Below are positions 1-8,772 of a stretch of DNA of 64,000 nt, piece after piece; positions within the stretch are counted from its first letter, which is position 1, and every line of letters starts with the position of its first letter. A program made the position numbers and the translations under genes. The notes beneath the pieces are model-generated. The model worked only from the letters and a program-made list of their open reading frames with translations, ran no database searches and was not told where the DNA came from. The DNA is from a virus (lineage: Duplodnaviria; Caudoviricetes): IMG/VR virus record IMGVR_UViG_3300021979_000004, positions 153,983-217,982 of that record; one strand, 5' to 3'.

Positions 1-38
1 CGAAACCCATCTATCAAAGTAAAAGAGGTTATACTTAA

Positions 39-461
39 ATGATTAAATCACCCCAAACGGCAGTTAGACTAGCAACAAACAATCCGTACCAGTCAGATGC
101 ATGTCGCATTTTATGTGTATGTAGTGTAGGTATGTTGCGTTCACCAACCTTGGCAAATGAGTTGCATAAAAGGTACGGATACAATACCCGTTCTTGTGGG
201 GTATCGATGGAACATGCACTTGTGCCTATTTCTACTGCTCTTATTCATTGGGCAGATGAAATTGTATTCATGGATTTTGGTGCGTTCAACGAATTCGTTG
301 ATATTGAAGAAAATATGGAATTGATTAAAAAGGTAAAAAATGCATCTACTGATGTGTTTATTTTAAGCATACCGGATGAGTACGATTGGAATGATCCCAA
401 GTTGAGAGATATTTCGGTCATGCAATACCTTGAAAAACGAAAATTTAACGATATGGAATAA
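39..461 (+). CDS. Low-molecular-weight protein-tyrosine-phosphatase-like protein
   Basis: N-terminal C-x5-R P-loop ILCVCSVGMLRSPT, later WADEI and IPDEY motifs typical of this family; AGAGG RBS upstream. Confidence 0.7.
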   Translation: MIKSPQTAVRLATNNPYQSDACRILCVCSVGMLRSPTLANELHKRYGYNTRSCGVSMEHALVPISTALIHWADEIVFMDFGAFNEFVDIEENMELIKKVKNASTDVFILSIPDEYDWNDPKLRDISVMQYLEKRKFNDME

Positions 462-463
462 TT

Positions 464-1015
464 ATGGGATTAGTTTATCATACATCAGATTGGCACCTTG
501 GGCATAAGAATATAAGTAAGTTCAGGGGCCAAGATGGATTTAAAGGCGAATACGATTCGTCATGGACTCAGATTAACAATTACTCAAACATCATCAGAAA
601 GAATGACCTTGTTTGGTTTCATGGTGATATTATTTTTGATCCTAACTACCTTCAGGTAGTAAAGGACTTACCGGGTATCAAAAAACTTATCATGGGCAAC
701 CATGATACTGAGAAGAAGCGCAATATTTCAATAAGTGATCTTGTTGAAGTATTTGATGAGATTCATTCCTTGGTTAAGTATAAAGGATCATGGTTGTCTC
801 ATGCGCCTATTCACCCTGAAGAACTTCGTGGATGTGTAAATATACATGGACATACACATTATCATGTGATCAATGACCATCGGTATATTAATGTTTGCTC
901 TGAGCAAACAAACTACACACCTATACGAAGAGAGAAACTTTTGGAAAACAATAAAGCGTTTCAAGAATTTCTTCGTATGCGTGAAGAACAGAAACGGCAA
1001 CGAAATGGAAAATGA
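464..1015 (+). CDS. Calcineurin-like metallophosphoesterase
   Basis: Motifs TSDWHLGH, HGD, GNHD, SHAP, NIHGHTH. Confidence 0.85.
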   Translation: MGLVYHTSDWHLGHKNISKFRGQDGFKGEYDSSWTQINNYSNIIRKNDLVWFHGDIIFDPNYLQVVKDLPGIKKLIMGNHDTEKKRNISISDLVEVFDEIHSLVKYKGSWLSHAPIHPEELRGCVNIHGHTHYHVINDHRYINVCSEQTNYTPIRREKLLENNKAFQEFLRMREEQKRQRNGK

Positions 1016-1337
1016 AAAATATATAAAAACACTTTTTAAGAAAAACACTAATATACAAGCCACGGACGATAGCGGTAAAGATGTTATCTTTGTTGTATCT
1101 AAAGGGCAGAGTGAGCTTTTTAATATTGTGCGAGACTGTTTACTTGAGAACGTAAGCGGCTCATGTATATATTGTTCCAGAGATAATGAAGTATACTTTA
1201 CTGTTTCAAAAAGTGATATGAATGTGTTAGAAGTTATATCTAAGAAGATCAAGAAAGATCGTCGGATAGAGATTTCAAAAGTTCTTATCAACTCAAGGAA
1301 AGTTCGTAGCTATCTAGAAAAGAAAGAAAAACGGTAA
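1005..1337 (+). CDS. Hypothetical protein (start moved to MENEKY)
   Basis: In frame with track ORF 873..1337; ATG at 1005 overlaps the end of the upstream gene as in an operon. Confidence 0.5.
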   Translation: MENEKYIKTLFKKNTNIQATDDSGKDVIFVVSKGQSELFNIVRDCLLENVSGSCIYCSRDNEVYFTVSKSDMNVLEVISKKIKKDRRIEISKVLINSRKVRSYLEKKEKR

Positions 1338-1925
1338 TCATTCTACCGTTTTTCTAATTTCACGATACCATACAGGTTCTATATAGAAGTCTGTATTCAC
1401 AGCCCTTTTACCCATTTCTGGGTATTTCTCCCATAGTAATATCTTATCCACGATGAAATGTTTGTACGTCCATGTCACGGATTTGCACTGATCGTAGATT
1501 TCAACAATACGATCAGGCGCACATACTGGTGGTTCAGTAAAGTTTCCTGTCGGTATGTTTCTAGGTAGCTCCATTAGCCATGGTAGGACACACCATTCAA
1601 CCTTTTGTGGCTTACCCTTATGTATCCTGTAGTTTTCACAAAGCTGCATTAGAACGGTCAGCAACCATTCGTAGTTAGCTGATGATTCTCTAACCCATTG
1701 TGCTGACGGATGGTTAACATGAGTAGCTTTATAGATATTAGTGTCATACTCGCCTTCCAGACGGTATTCCAGACGGTTCTTTTTGTTCCTGAATGGAATA
1801 CCATCTAGGACACGATGTGTCGTTGACAAAAGCTGCGCATACTCTGTGATCATTTTGTTAGTATGTGTGATGCAATGTTCATCCGCACATACTATGGGGT
1901 CTTCGTTTGTGTAAAATAAATTCAT
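1338..1925 (-). CDS. Pyrimidine-dimer DNA glycosylase / endonuclease V-related protein
   Basis: N-terminus MNLFY..EDP..CA.EHC..H..KMI.EYAQLLST.HRVLDG and THVNHPSA.W motif match the phage DenV-related family as recalled. Confidence 0.7.
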   Translation of the reverse strand: MNLFYTNEDPIVCADEHCITHTNKMITEYAQLLSTTHRVLDGIPFRNKKNRLEYRLEGEYDTNIYKATHVNHPSAQWVRESSANYEWLLTVLMQLCENYRIHKGKPQKVEWCVLPWLMELPRNIPTGNFTEPPVCAPDRIVEIYDQCKSVTWTYKHFIVDKILLWEKYPEMGKRAVNTDFYIEPVWYREIRKTVE

Positions 1926-2155
1926 TGTTCAACCCAATTGCTGTTTTCTACGGAAACCGGAAGGTTCATATCATAGAGGAAGTCAAACAGTTCTTCAACG
2001 CTTTGATTGTCGTAAGAGCCTTCGTTGATGGACAGGAACAGAGTTGGGTCTTCCTGACGATGGTAAATATAGTATTCAACTACGTTACCAGCCGAGTCAA
2101 CAAACTTCCGATCTTGGAAGGTGTACTTTTTGATTTCAGAGTCGTTACCGTACAT
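1922..2155 (-). CDS. Hypothetical protein (start moved to MYGNDSE)
   Basis: GAGGGG RBS before ATG at 2155; overlaps next gene by 4 nt. Confidence 0.5.
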   Translation of the reverse strand: MYGNDSEIKKYTFQDRKFVDSAGNVVEYYIYHRQEDPTLFLSINEGSYDNQSVEELFDFLYDMNLPVSVENSNWVEQ

Positions 2156-2244
2156 AGGATTCCCCTCAATGTTTAAGATATACATACATGGTAAACAATT
2201 TTGACCGATCATGCAAGCTATAAATATAAAAAAACGAGGTTAAA

Positions 2245-2652
2245 ATGTCATTCTTAGATATGCTAGATATTCGGGAAATTACCAGAGCGCATTTTATGAT
2301 ATACCATGAAATGGACAACACGTATGAATTCATAACTACCTTAGATTTCAAAGACTGTTACTCCAACGATCCATTTCTCAATAGTATGTCTAAGAAAGAT
2401 GCATTGAAATACCTTATTGAAGAAATAACAATAGAAATGTCTCGCTACGGTGTATCCAACATCTATCGCTTTGTTGAGCTAGATAACGATACTAATATTG
2501 AAATCAGAGACAAAAATTACATCCCTAGTGCCATCTTCCTTTCTATGAAGTTCAACACAAGCCAAGATTTGAACAAATTTAAAATATCACAACCTGACCT
2601 TTATAACTATTATAAGAAAAATTCAAGGTTCTTATATGAGGATTGTGAATAA
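2245..2652 (+). CDS. Hypothetical protein with LNxFKI motif
   Basis: GAGG RBS, 135-aa ORF. Confidence 0.55.
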   Translation: MSFLDMLDIREITRAHFMIYHEMDNTYEFITTLDFKDCYSNDPFLNSMSKKDALKYLIEEITIEMSRYGVSNIYRFVELDNDTNIEIRDKNYIPSAIFLSMKFNTSQDLNKFKISQPDLYNYYKKNSRFLYEDCE

Positions 2653-2671
2653 TCCACTTATGGTGTATAAT
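2643..2671 (+). promoter_or_regulatory. Sigma70-like promoter
   Basis: TTGTGA-17 nt-TATAAT just upstream of the PspC-like gene. Confidence 0.5.
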
Positions 2672-2689
2672 CCTCTCAGGAGGTGAGAT

Positions 2690-2956
2690 ATGACCAGATA
2701 CGTTGAATTGATGACATGTCCGAAGAAAGAAAGTCTATTGCTTGGTATTATAGGTGGACTAGGAAATACATTTGGAATAAAACCAGAACTTCTAAGATTA
2801 ATCTTTAGCGTTATTTTAATAGCTAACTTTGTACTCGGAACAAATGCATTTTGGTTTTTTATTATTTTTTACTTCGTAAGCTTCTTTTTAATTCCCCGAT
2901 ATGAAGAAATGTACGACAGAGCTATTAACCCTGACGCACAACCACCCGAGTTTTAA
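2690..2956 (+). CDS. PspC-domain small membrane protein
   Basis: LLLGIIGGLGNTFGIKPELLRLIF followed by a hydrophobic segment ending LIP resembles the PspC consensus; strong AGGAGG RBS. Confidence 0.65.
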   Translation: MTRYVELMTCPKKESLLLGIIGGLGNTFGIKPELLRLIFSVILIANFVLGTNAFWFFIIFYFVSFFLIPRYEEMYDRAINPDAQPPEF

Positions 2957-3789
2957 AAGTTTTCGCGATACTGTTGGATCATTACCTTGACAGCTTTCTT
3001 CCAAAGATCAGGGTTTTGATCCTTTATACCACTTAGAACTGGTGAAGAGAAATCATCCAAGAATTCAGTAAACCTTTCAACTCTAGCTGAATCATCGCCA
3101 ACAAAGTAGCGCATTAGTTGCATACGGTCATTGTTATTGATATGCAATGATTTGGAAAGGAATTTTATTTTATTTCTAAATGTATTGAACTCAGACTTAA
3201 GGGTAGGTAATAGCTCAACTGCCGACGTTGCATATTTGATATATTCTTCCTGCGAACCATCTTTGGCTTTATGGTTTTGAACTTGTCTAGGATCGACTTT
3301 AGAAAATGCTTTGAATTGAACAAAATGCATAAGCTCATGCTCAACTGTGTTTTCAAATTCGTGTAGTGTGTAATTAATAAAGGATTCTTTTGGTTCTTGG
3401 TCTGCCATCATCATTTTGAGATTGTGAACGTTTAAAGTTAACATGTTTGTATCGTCATCATACCCACCGTAATAATGATCGTTTGTATCAACGATACGAA
3501 TATTGATGAACTTATCTTCCTCAGCAATATTGTATTTAAATTGGTAAGAACCTAACCCAACTTTAGCATTCATGATAACGTTAGAGGTATGGGAAAATTT
3601 TAAACGCTTATGAAGTTCTGGGTATTTTGGATGAATATCGATGGTGCTTAGAAATACATGTCCACTATGCTCGTCATCATTCTTGACCGCCATGAAATCT
3701 ATAACATACGCATAAACGAATTCCATGATATCACTGGTTAGTGTTTCTGGTAAACGAATCATGGATTCAAATAACTGTGTTAAACGCAT
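2953..3789 (-). CDS. Putative internal head protein, zincin-like metallopeptidase (HExxH)
   Basis: MRLTQLFE leader; HELMH motif plus downstream Y..S..E; late promoter upstream; paralog of 4326..5255. Confidence 0.6.
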   Translation of the reverse strand: MRLTQLFESMIRLPETLTSDIMEFVYAYVIDFMAVKNDDEHSGHVFLSTIDIHPKYPELHKRLKFSHTSNVIMNAKVGLGSYQFKYNIAEEDKFINIRIVDTNDHYYGGYDDDTNMLTLNVHNLKMMMADQEPKESFINYTLHEFENTVEHELMHFVQFKAFSKVDPRQVQNHKAKDGSQEEYIKYATSAVELLPTLKSEFNTFRNKIKFLSKSLHINNNDRMQLMRYFVGDDSARVERFTEFLDDFSSPVLSGIKDQNPDLWKKAVKVMIQQYRENF

Positions 3790-3823
3790 TGTAAAAATCC
3801 TTAAACATTAATATTATATGTAT

Positions 3824-3831
3824 TATTTATA
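3824..3831 (-). promoter_or_regulatory. T4-type late promoter TATAAATA
   Basis: Exact T4 late consensus 35 nt upstream of ATG 3789. Confidence 0.7.
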
Positions 3832-3849
3832 GTTTGCAAAATTTTTTAT

Positions 3850-3878
3850 TTGCATATAATATGATGTTGTGTTAGTAT
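3850..3878 (+). promoter_or_regulatory. Sigma70-like promoter
   Basis: TTGCAT-17 nt-TAGTAT upstream of the GGCT gene. Confidence 0.5.
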
Positions 3879-3907
3879 ATACAGGTAAATTGAAATAAGG
3901 TGAAATT

Positions 3908-4318
3908 ATGAGCAACGAAAATCTTGTTTTTGTGTATGGAAGCTTGAAGCAAGGCTACCACAACCATGAAGTTATTTCTTTCGATTTTGATACCCACACT
4001 AAGAATAAAGGGTATGATTATCTGGGTAAAGCAAAAACAGTTGATAAGTTCGCGATGTACGATATGGGATCATTCCCTGCTATCTCATTTGATGAAAACG
4101 GTAAGCAGGTTTCTGGTGAGCTATACGCGCTTGATGATGCGACATTTGATCTTCTGGATACTCTGGAAGGATACCCTGAGCATTATAACCGTAAGCTGGT
4201 TAAGCTTGATGTTGATGAAGACATCGAAGCATGGATTTATTTTTATGATCCTGAGAGTGTCGATGACACAATGGAAATTATCGACATTGAATCTGATGTG
4301 TATGAGTGGGAATATTAA
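3908..4318 (+). CDS. Gamma-glutamylcyclotransferase (AIG2-like/YtfP family)
   Basis: VFVYGSLKQG, VSGELY, LDTLEGYP..Y.R, AWIY motifs. Confidence 0.9.
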   Translation: MSNENLVFVYGSLKQGYHNHEVISFDFDTHTKNKGYDYLGKAKTVDKFAMYDMGSFPAISFDENGKQVSGELYALDDATFDLLDTLEGYPEHYNRKLVKLDVDEDIEAWIYFYDPESVDDTMEIIDIESDVYEWEY

Positions 4319-4325
4319 TTCCCAC

Positions 4326-5255
4326 TTACTTTATTAGGTCTTCAACTCGCTTGTAGAAGTCTTTTACGACTTTCATATAAAGCTTTGGTGTATCTTGCTT
4401 TAGTGCTGAGAAATAATTCTTAGGTGGTATAGTTACAGGCATTGAATGATTGTCTCCCAATTTTATATCAAAACCCTTATCACTTAACGCCACAAACATA
4501 CGGAAAAACTCTTTCTTCTGTTCTTTATCAAACTTCTGCCACCAGTCGTCACCTTCAACGAAACTTCTAAAGTCTTGCTCAAGGTTGGCTAGTTGTGGAC
4601 GAATCTCTGCCGCAGAAGTAAAATAGTCATTGTGTACTTTATCTTCAGAGCGTTCACCTGATCCATAATTCTTTTTCGTAGCTGATTGGTCTTTGTGCAG
4701 CCCAATATCCTGAACCAAGTGCTGAAGCTCATGGTCGATAACACTCTTTAGTTTATTGAATTCAATTTTTACTTTCTTATCACTTTTACCACTTTCATCG
4801 AACCATGCACTTAATACTTCCCCTGAAAGGTCAAAAGCATTAATTAAAACATGGGGAACGCCATCTTTCATTCTGTAAGATGACACATCTTTTTCTCGCA
4901 CCATTACTGAAACATCTATCACAATAGCATCATTCTTAGTAAAGGAATCAACATTGTTTCTAACAAGCTGTGAGCTATGATAGTAAGGAACTTCTTCTGG
5001 ACTCAAAACTGCAATCCCATAATAGTCACGATTTGCTGACATACTACGCTTGAATCTTCCACTAAATTCCATTTCTAACGCATCAACATCGAGTCCCGTA
5101 GTATCTTCTATGACTTCTTTAAATTCGTTAACATCCTTCTCATTGCCACCACGTGCATGAAAATGATATACTGCAAAAACAGCCATACGGAGAACATCTT
5201 CTTTTAGTTCCTCGGGAACTTTGATGGTTCTCTCAAATAGTTGATATAGTTTCAT
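4326..5255 (-). CDS. Putative internal head protein, zincin-like metallopeptidase (HExxH)
   Basis: MKLYQLFE leader; HELQH motif plus YFTSAAE; late promoter upstream; paralog of 2953..3789. Confidence 0.6.
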   Translation of the reverse strand: MKLYQLFERTIKVPEELKEDVLRMAVFAVYHFHARGGNEKDVNEFKEVIEDTTGLDVDALEMEFSGRFKRSMSANRDYYGIAVLSPEEVPYYHSSQLVRNNVDSFTKNDAIVIDVSVMVREKDVSSYRMKDGVPHVLINAFDLSGEVLSAWFDESGKSDKKVKIEFNKLKSVIDHELQHLVQDIGLHKDQSATKKNYGSGERSEDKVHNDYFTSAAEIRPQLANLEQDFRSFVEGDDWWQKFDKEQKKEFFRMFVALSDKGFDIKLGDNHSMPVTIPPKNYFSALKQDTPKLYMKVVKDFYKRVEDLIK

Positions 5256-5276
5256 TAATTATACTCCATTTTATAA

Positions 5277-5297
5277 TATTTATGAAAAACATAAATA
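5277..5297. promoter_or_regulatory. Back-to-back late promoters (CATAAATA on each strand)
   Basis: CATAAATA at 5277-5284 (-) and 5290-5297 (+), each 20-25 nt from a start codon. Confidence 0.6.
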
Positions 5298-5319
5298 CAA
5301 AAGATTAAGGAGACTTGTT

Positions 5320-5679
5320 ATGTTTGATCGACTAATCGCCTTTCAAGAAAATGGCGAATGTTTATATTTTTTCGTACCATTGAATCTTTCTTTAGAACAG
5401 TTCCTAGAGAATGTGAAAATAGAGATAGTATCCAAGAAACGATATAATACTGAGATAAAACATATCAAAAGACAACTGGATAAAGAACAACAAACAATGG
5501 AAAACAAAAGCAATCCAGAAGTAACAAGCGAACAAGCCAAAGTCCTAATAAAAACCTTCGTATCAAATCATCCCTTAGACAATCGATCACCATCAGAAAT
5601 ACTTAAAGACGCAGGAGCCGTTGAGCTTATTTCAAAAATACCACCAAGCAACATTCTTAAATCAGACGAATTGGATTAA
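5320..5679 (+). CDS. Hypothetical late protein
   Basis: AGGAG RBS, late promoter upstream. Confidence 0.55.
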   Translation: MFDRLIAFQENGECLYFFVPLNLSLEQFLENVKIEIVSKKRYNTEIKHIKRQLDKEQQTMENKSNPEVTSEQAKVLIKTFVSNHPLDNRSPSEILKDAGAVELISKIPPSNILKSDELD

Positions 5680-6818
5680 TACCACTCTTCCATACCAAGC
5701 TGTTTGAGTATTATTCTCACAATATTGTTAACATAGCGTTCAAGCTGGTATGATGAAAGATCACGGTTAACTAAATCATGGTGGAACTCTAACGCTTCCT
5801 CTGGGATAGCATCATAGCGATATAGTCCAAATAGTAAGTTACGTAATATCATTTTAACATTATCGCGATCACCACCGAATGGTGCTAAGTCAAGCTCACT
5901 GCCGCCACGTAGCAAGTCTACCAGAATTCTTATTCTATCTCGGTTGGCCTTTAAGAATCTTACCTTCTCTTCTTTTTTCTTTATGATTTCCCACTTAGAT
6001 TTTATGTCTTCGATAAAATCTTCCAGTTTCCTATAACCATTTTGCTTCATAACAGTTATTAGTTTTTTCACACTTTCTGTAGAACCTTTACTATTCATAC
6101 CGGTTTCATTTTGTATGTCAATCATTACTGATCTGGTAAAATCATCATACTTCATTGATCGAAGAGCTTCTTTCGATTCCTTAGAAAGCTCATTTTCAGA
6201 TTTTTTATAGAACAACTCTATTAGGGATGTTATTGTAGATTGACGCTTCGATCTAATACGTGGATGTGATTTCATTTCCCCCCTAAAGGATTTTATTTGA
6301 TCAAAGCTGAGTGCATTCTTTTTGTTATTGCCAATCCAGTCTTTGTTATTATTATAGACATATACTGGAATATCATATTGCTTAGCCAGCTTGTAAATAG
6401 GCAACACGTATGGATTTTCATGTGTGCCATATTCGGTTGCAACCAAAACTGATATTTCTTCTACATAGTTCATAAACGGTATCGAGTCTTTGTCTGTGAA
6501 CAAACGGTCTTCCATTTCATCGTCGCCGGGAACTGATGTACTTCCACTGTTCCAGTAGTCAACAGCTTTTCCCGAATAGGTATTGTTTAGCTTCGAACCA
6601 TTAACTTTAAAAAGAACGCCACTATTTGAATCAACATGATAACCGCCCAAGCGTGAGCGTGTAAGGGACATGAAGTAAAACTTTTTCGAACCCATTTGCC
6701 TTTCAACCTTTCCTTTTATAGTAGGCGTAAGGTTGATCTTATTTTCTTTCATAATGCTATGGGCACTTTTGAGGGAAGTGTAATAAAATAATGTGTTGGT
6801 TAAACTTTCTATCAGCAT
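5676..6818 (-). CDS. Putative internal head protein, ADP-ribosyltransferase-like fold
   Basis: MLIE leader; LFYYTS..SI, FMSLTRS and EMEDR strands resemble the ART core; AATAAATA upstream. Confidence 0.45.
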   Translation of the reverse strand: MLIESLTNTLFYYTSLKSAHSIMKENKINLTPTIKGKVERQMGSKKFYFMSLTRSRLGGYHVDSNSGVLFKVNGSKLNNTYSGKAVDYWNSGSTSVPGDDEMEDRLFTDKDSIPFMNYVEEISVLVATEYGTHENPYVLPIYKLAKQYDIPVYVYNNNKDWIGNNKKNALSFDQIKSFRGEMKSHPRIRSKRQSTITSLIELFYKKSENELSKESKEALRSMKYDDFTRSVMIDIQNETGMNSKGSTESVKKLITVMKQNGYRKLEDFIEDIKSKWEIIKKKEEKVRFLKANRDRIRILVDLLRGGSELDLAPFGGDRDNVKMILRNLLFGLYRYDAIPEEALEFHHDLVNRDLSSYQLERYVNNIVRIILKQLGMEEWY

Positions 6819-6839
6819 GATCTATTCCTATTTTATAGG

Positions 6840-6889
6840 TATTTATTAAAATACTTTATGACCTAAATATTAAAAAGTTGTTATAAATA
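6840..6889. promoter_or_regulatory. Divergent late promoters
   Basis: AATAAATA at 6840-6847 (-) and TATAAATA at 6882-6889 (+). Confidence 0.6.
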
Positions 6890-6907
6890 ACTGAAAAGGT
6901 ATATAGT

Positions 6908-7402
6908 ATGAAAAAAATATTAGGTTATATAAGAAATACATGTTTGCTACTAACATTACTAGTTGTGACAGGAATAGTAATGCCAGCAATGATGTATAAA
7001 GAAACTGCCGAATCTACTGAAGAACTTATAATTGTTCTTTCAAGTGAGAACATAACTATTGTTGATCGAACTGCCGAAATCATCACCGCAAAACTAGACC
7101 TTCCTTTAGATAATGAAATAGTACGTGCTAACATAGAAGCAATGCCAAATGCTAAGAAAGAACGTGATGTTGATACAAAAATAAGACAGGTGATACGTAA
7201 TTATAGATTACCAATATCGTTTGATGATGAAGCACAGTTCTCAGAATATATAAAAGAAAAACGTATTTACTTTTTAGAAAACAGTGATAAGATTGTTAAA
7301 TATGTGAATGAATACCAAGAATACTTAGCCCAACCTTTGGCTGGATTCTATTTACGTATAACTGGATTTCCAAAACGAATTGCTTTAGAACAGGAGTTAT
7401 AA
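6908..7402 (+). CDS. Hypothetical late protein with N-terminal transmembrane helix
   Basis: Hydrophobic stretch CLLLTLLVVTGIVMPAMM; late promoter upstream. Confidence 0.55.
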   Translation: MKKILGYIRNTCLLLTLLVVTGIVMPAMMYKETAESTEELIIVLSSENITIVDRTAEIITAKLDLPLDNEIVRANIEAMPNAKKERDVDTKIRQVIRNYRLPISFDDEAQFSEYIKEKRIYFLENSDKIVKYVNEYQEYLAQPLAGFYLRITGFPKRIALEQEL

Positions 7403-7554
7403 TGCCCTCACGTAATGATGTAACAGGTGACAACCTAGTTTCCCGAACAAACAATGATCAATATAGAAGTAATTGGGATCGAATCTTTGGTAAGAAAGAA
7501 GAAGCTAAAGTTGAAGAAACCGAAAAGAAAGAAGATAAAGAAGAAGGCAAATAA
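7402..7554 (+). CDS. Small phage protein (50 aa, NWDRIFGKK motif), not in the ORF track
   Basis: Own translation MPSRNDVTGDNLVSRTNNDQYRSNWDRIFGKKEE...; AGGAG RBS; start overlaps upstream stop; resembles a small protein recurrent in T4-like phages. Confidence 0.6.
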   Translation: MPSRNDVTGDNLVSRTNNDQYRSNWDRIFGKKEEAKVEETEKKEDKEEGK

Positions 7555-7582
7555 AAGAAAGAGCTTTAAAGCTCTTTCTTTT
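7553..7582. terminator. Bidirectional intrinsic terminator
   Basis: AAAAGAAAGAGC-TTTAAA-GCTCTTTCTTTT inverted repeat between convergent genes. Confidence 0.75.
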
Positions 7583-7901
7583 TTATACGAGGGTCAGAAG
7601 TAGACAAAGAACTAAGAATATCCTCAATATTGTCTTCGTTTGCTCTTACCAAAATAGAAAGCGTTGCCATCTTATCACCAAATGGAGACACGTGTACATT
7701 AAACATGGTCTTCCCATGTACTCCATGATAAAAACTGTGACTATGGTAATAAGCATACCTTTCCTTAAAGATATGGAGATTACCTACCTTTTCCATATCA
7801 ATATATACCGTTGTACCATTTCTAAATTTTTCATTAGTGAACTTAGTGAAATAATTATCTACCTTTGTCCTTATATCACTATCTGAATGTAACGTTGACA
7901 T
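7566..7901 (-). CDS. Hypothetical protein (start moved to MSTLHS)
   Basis: AAGGAG RBS before ATG at 7901. Confidence 0.5.
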   Translation of the reverse strand: MSTLHSDSDIRTKVDNYFTKFTNEKFRNGTTVYIDMEKVGNLHIFKERYAYYHSHSFYHGVHGKTMFNVHVSPFGDKMATLSILVRANEDNIEDILSSLSTSDPRIKKKEL

Positions 7902-7958
7902 ACTTAGCTCCTTATAGTGTCGGTTACATATTAGCACGATAAGAATCTTGCGGTCAAC

Positions 7959-8174
7959 TTATTTTTCGATGAAAAGGTAAAAACTTTCGCCAATTTCTTT
8001 GAATTTGGCCTTAAATGAATAGTTCTTTATCGATTGTGACGAATTTGTAATATGTTTGTCATATACCTTTTTGGATATTTCTTGTGAATAACTTCCAAAC
8101 CCATTGACAGACCTTTCCCAGAAGTCTTTCACATTCACCGCTAACTCTTCATTACCTACTAAGACTATTCGCAT
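7959..8174 (-). CDS. Hypothetical protein (start moved to MRIVLV)
   Basis: GGAGG RBS before ATG at 8174. Confidence 0.5.
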   Translation of the reverse strand: MRIVLVGNEELAVNVKDFWERSVNGFGSYSQEISKKVYDKHITNSSQSIKNYSFKAKFKEIGESFYLFIEK

Positions 8175-8772
8175 AAAGAACCTCCATTCGCTTACCATGA
8201 TACGTTAAAGCATCAAGAGTTTCAAGTAAATACTTCTTAATACCAATCTTTTTATCAATAAGAATATCATACGACTCATTGTTCAATAGAACGTAATCGA
8301 GTCTCATGGATCGAGTATCAACCCCATAAAGTTTTAATCGGTTCACATCAATAGGATAATTATCTTCTACGCTATTGACACAATAGATGACATACTCATC
8401 GTCTTCTACATACATACCACTTAAACACTTACTGATCAGTTCTCGTTCCCTTTTTTCAAAGCCCTTGGATTTGTAAATGGATATGATTCTAGGGGTTTGT
8501 TGTTTATCAATAATATTACGTAGTTCTTGTATGGTCTGTAAGCAAAAGTTATTGGTGGTTACTGTCTTAGAGGTTTCAGAATTAACACGATTGATTTCTG
8601 AAATTAGATCACAAACATATATTTCCATTTCACGCACGTACTCAGCCATTAGCATAATATCATTAATATTTTTATTTGTGTTCATGATAGAACTATCACA
8701 ACGTGTATCAACCTCAATAGAAATATCAGGGTTTTTAATAAGCTTTGATATTTCATCATTAATATTCATCAT
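8152..8772 (-). CDS. Hypothetical protein
   Basis: 206-aa ORF in an overlapping minus-strand operon. Confidence 0.5.
   Translation of the reverse strand: MMNINDEISKLIKNPDISIEVDTRCDSSIMNTNKNINDIMLMAEYVREMEIYVCDLISEINRVNSETSKTVTTNNFCLQTIQELRNIIDKQQTPRIISIYKSKGFEKRERELISKCLSGMYVEDDEYVIYCVNSVEDNYPIDVNRLKLYGVDTRSMRLDYVLLNNESYDILIDKKIGIKKYLLETLDALTYHGKRMEVLYANSLSR

Noticed and set aside
788-1291. 167-aa minus-strand ORF
   Set aside because: Antisense to two operon genes; no recognisable features.
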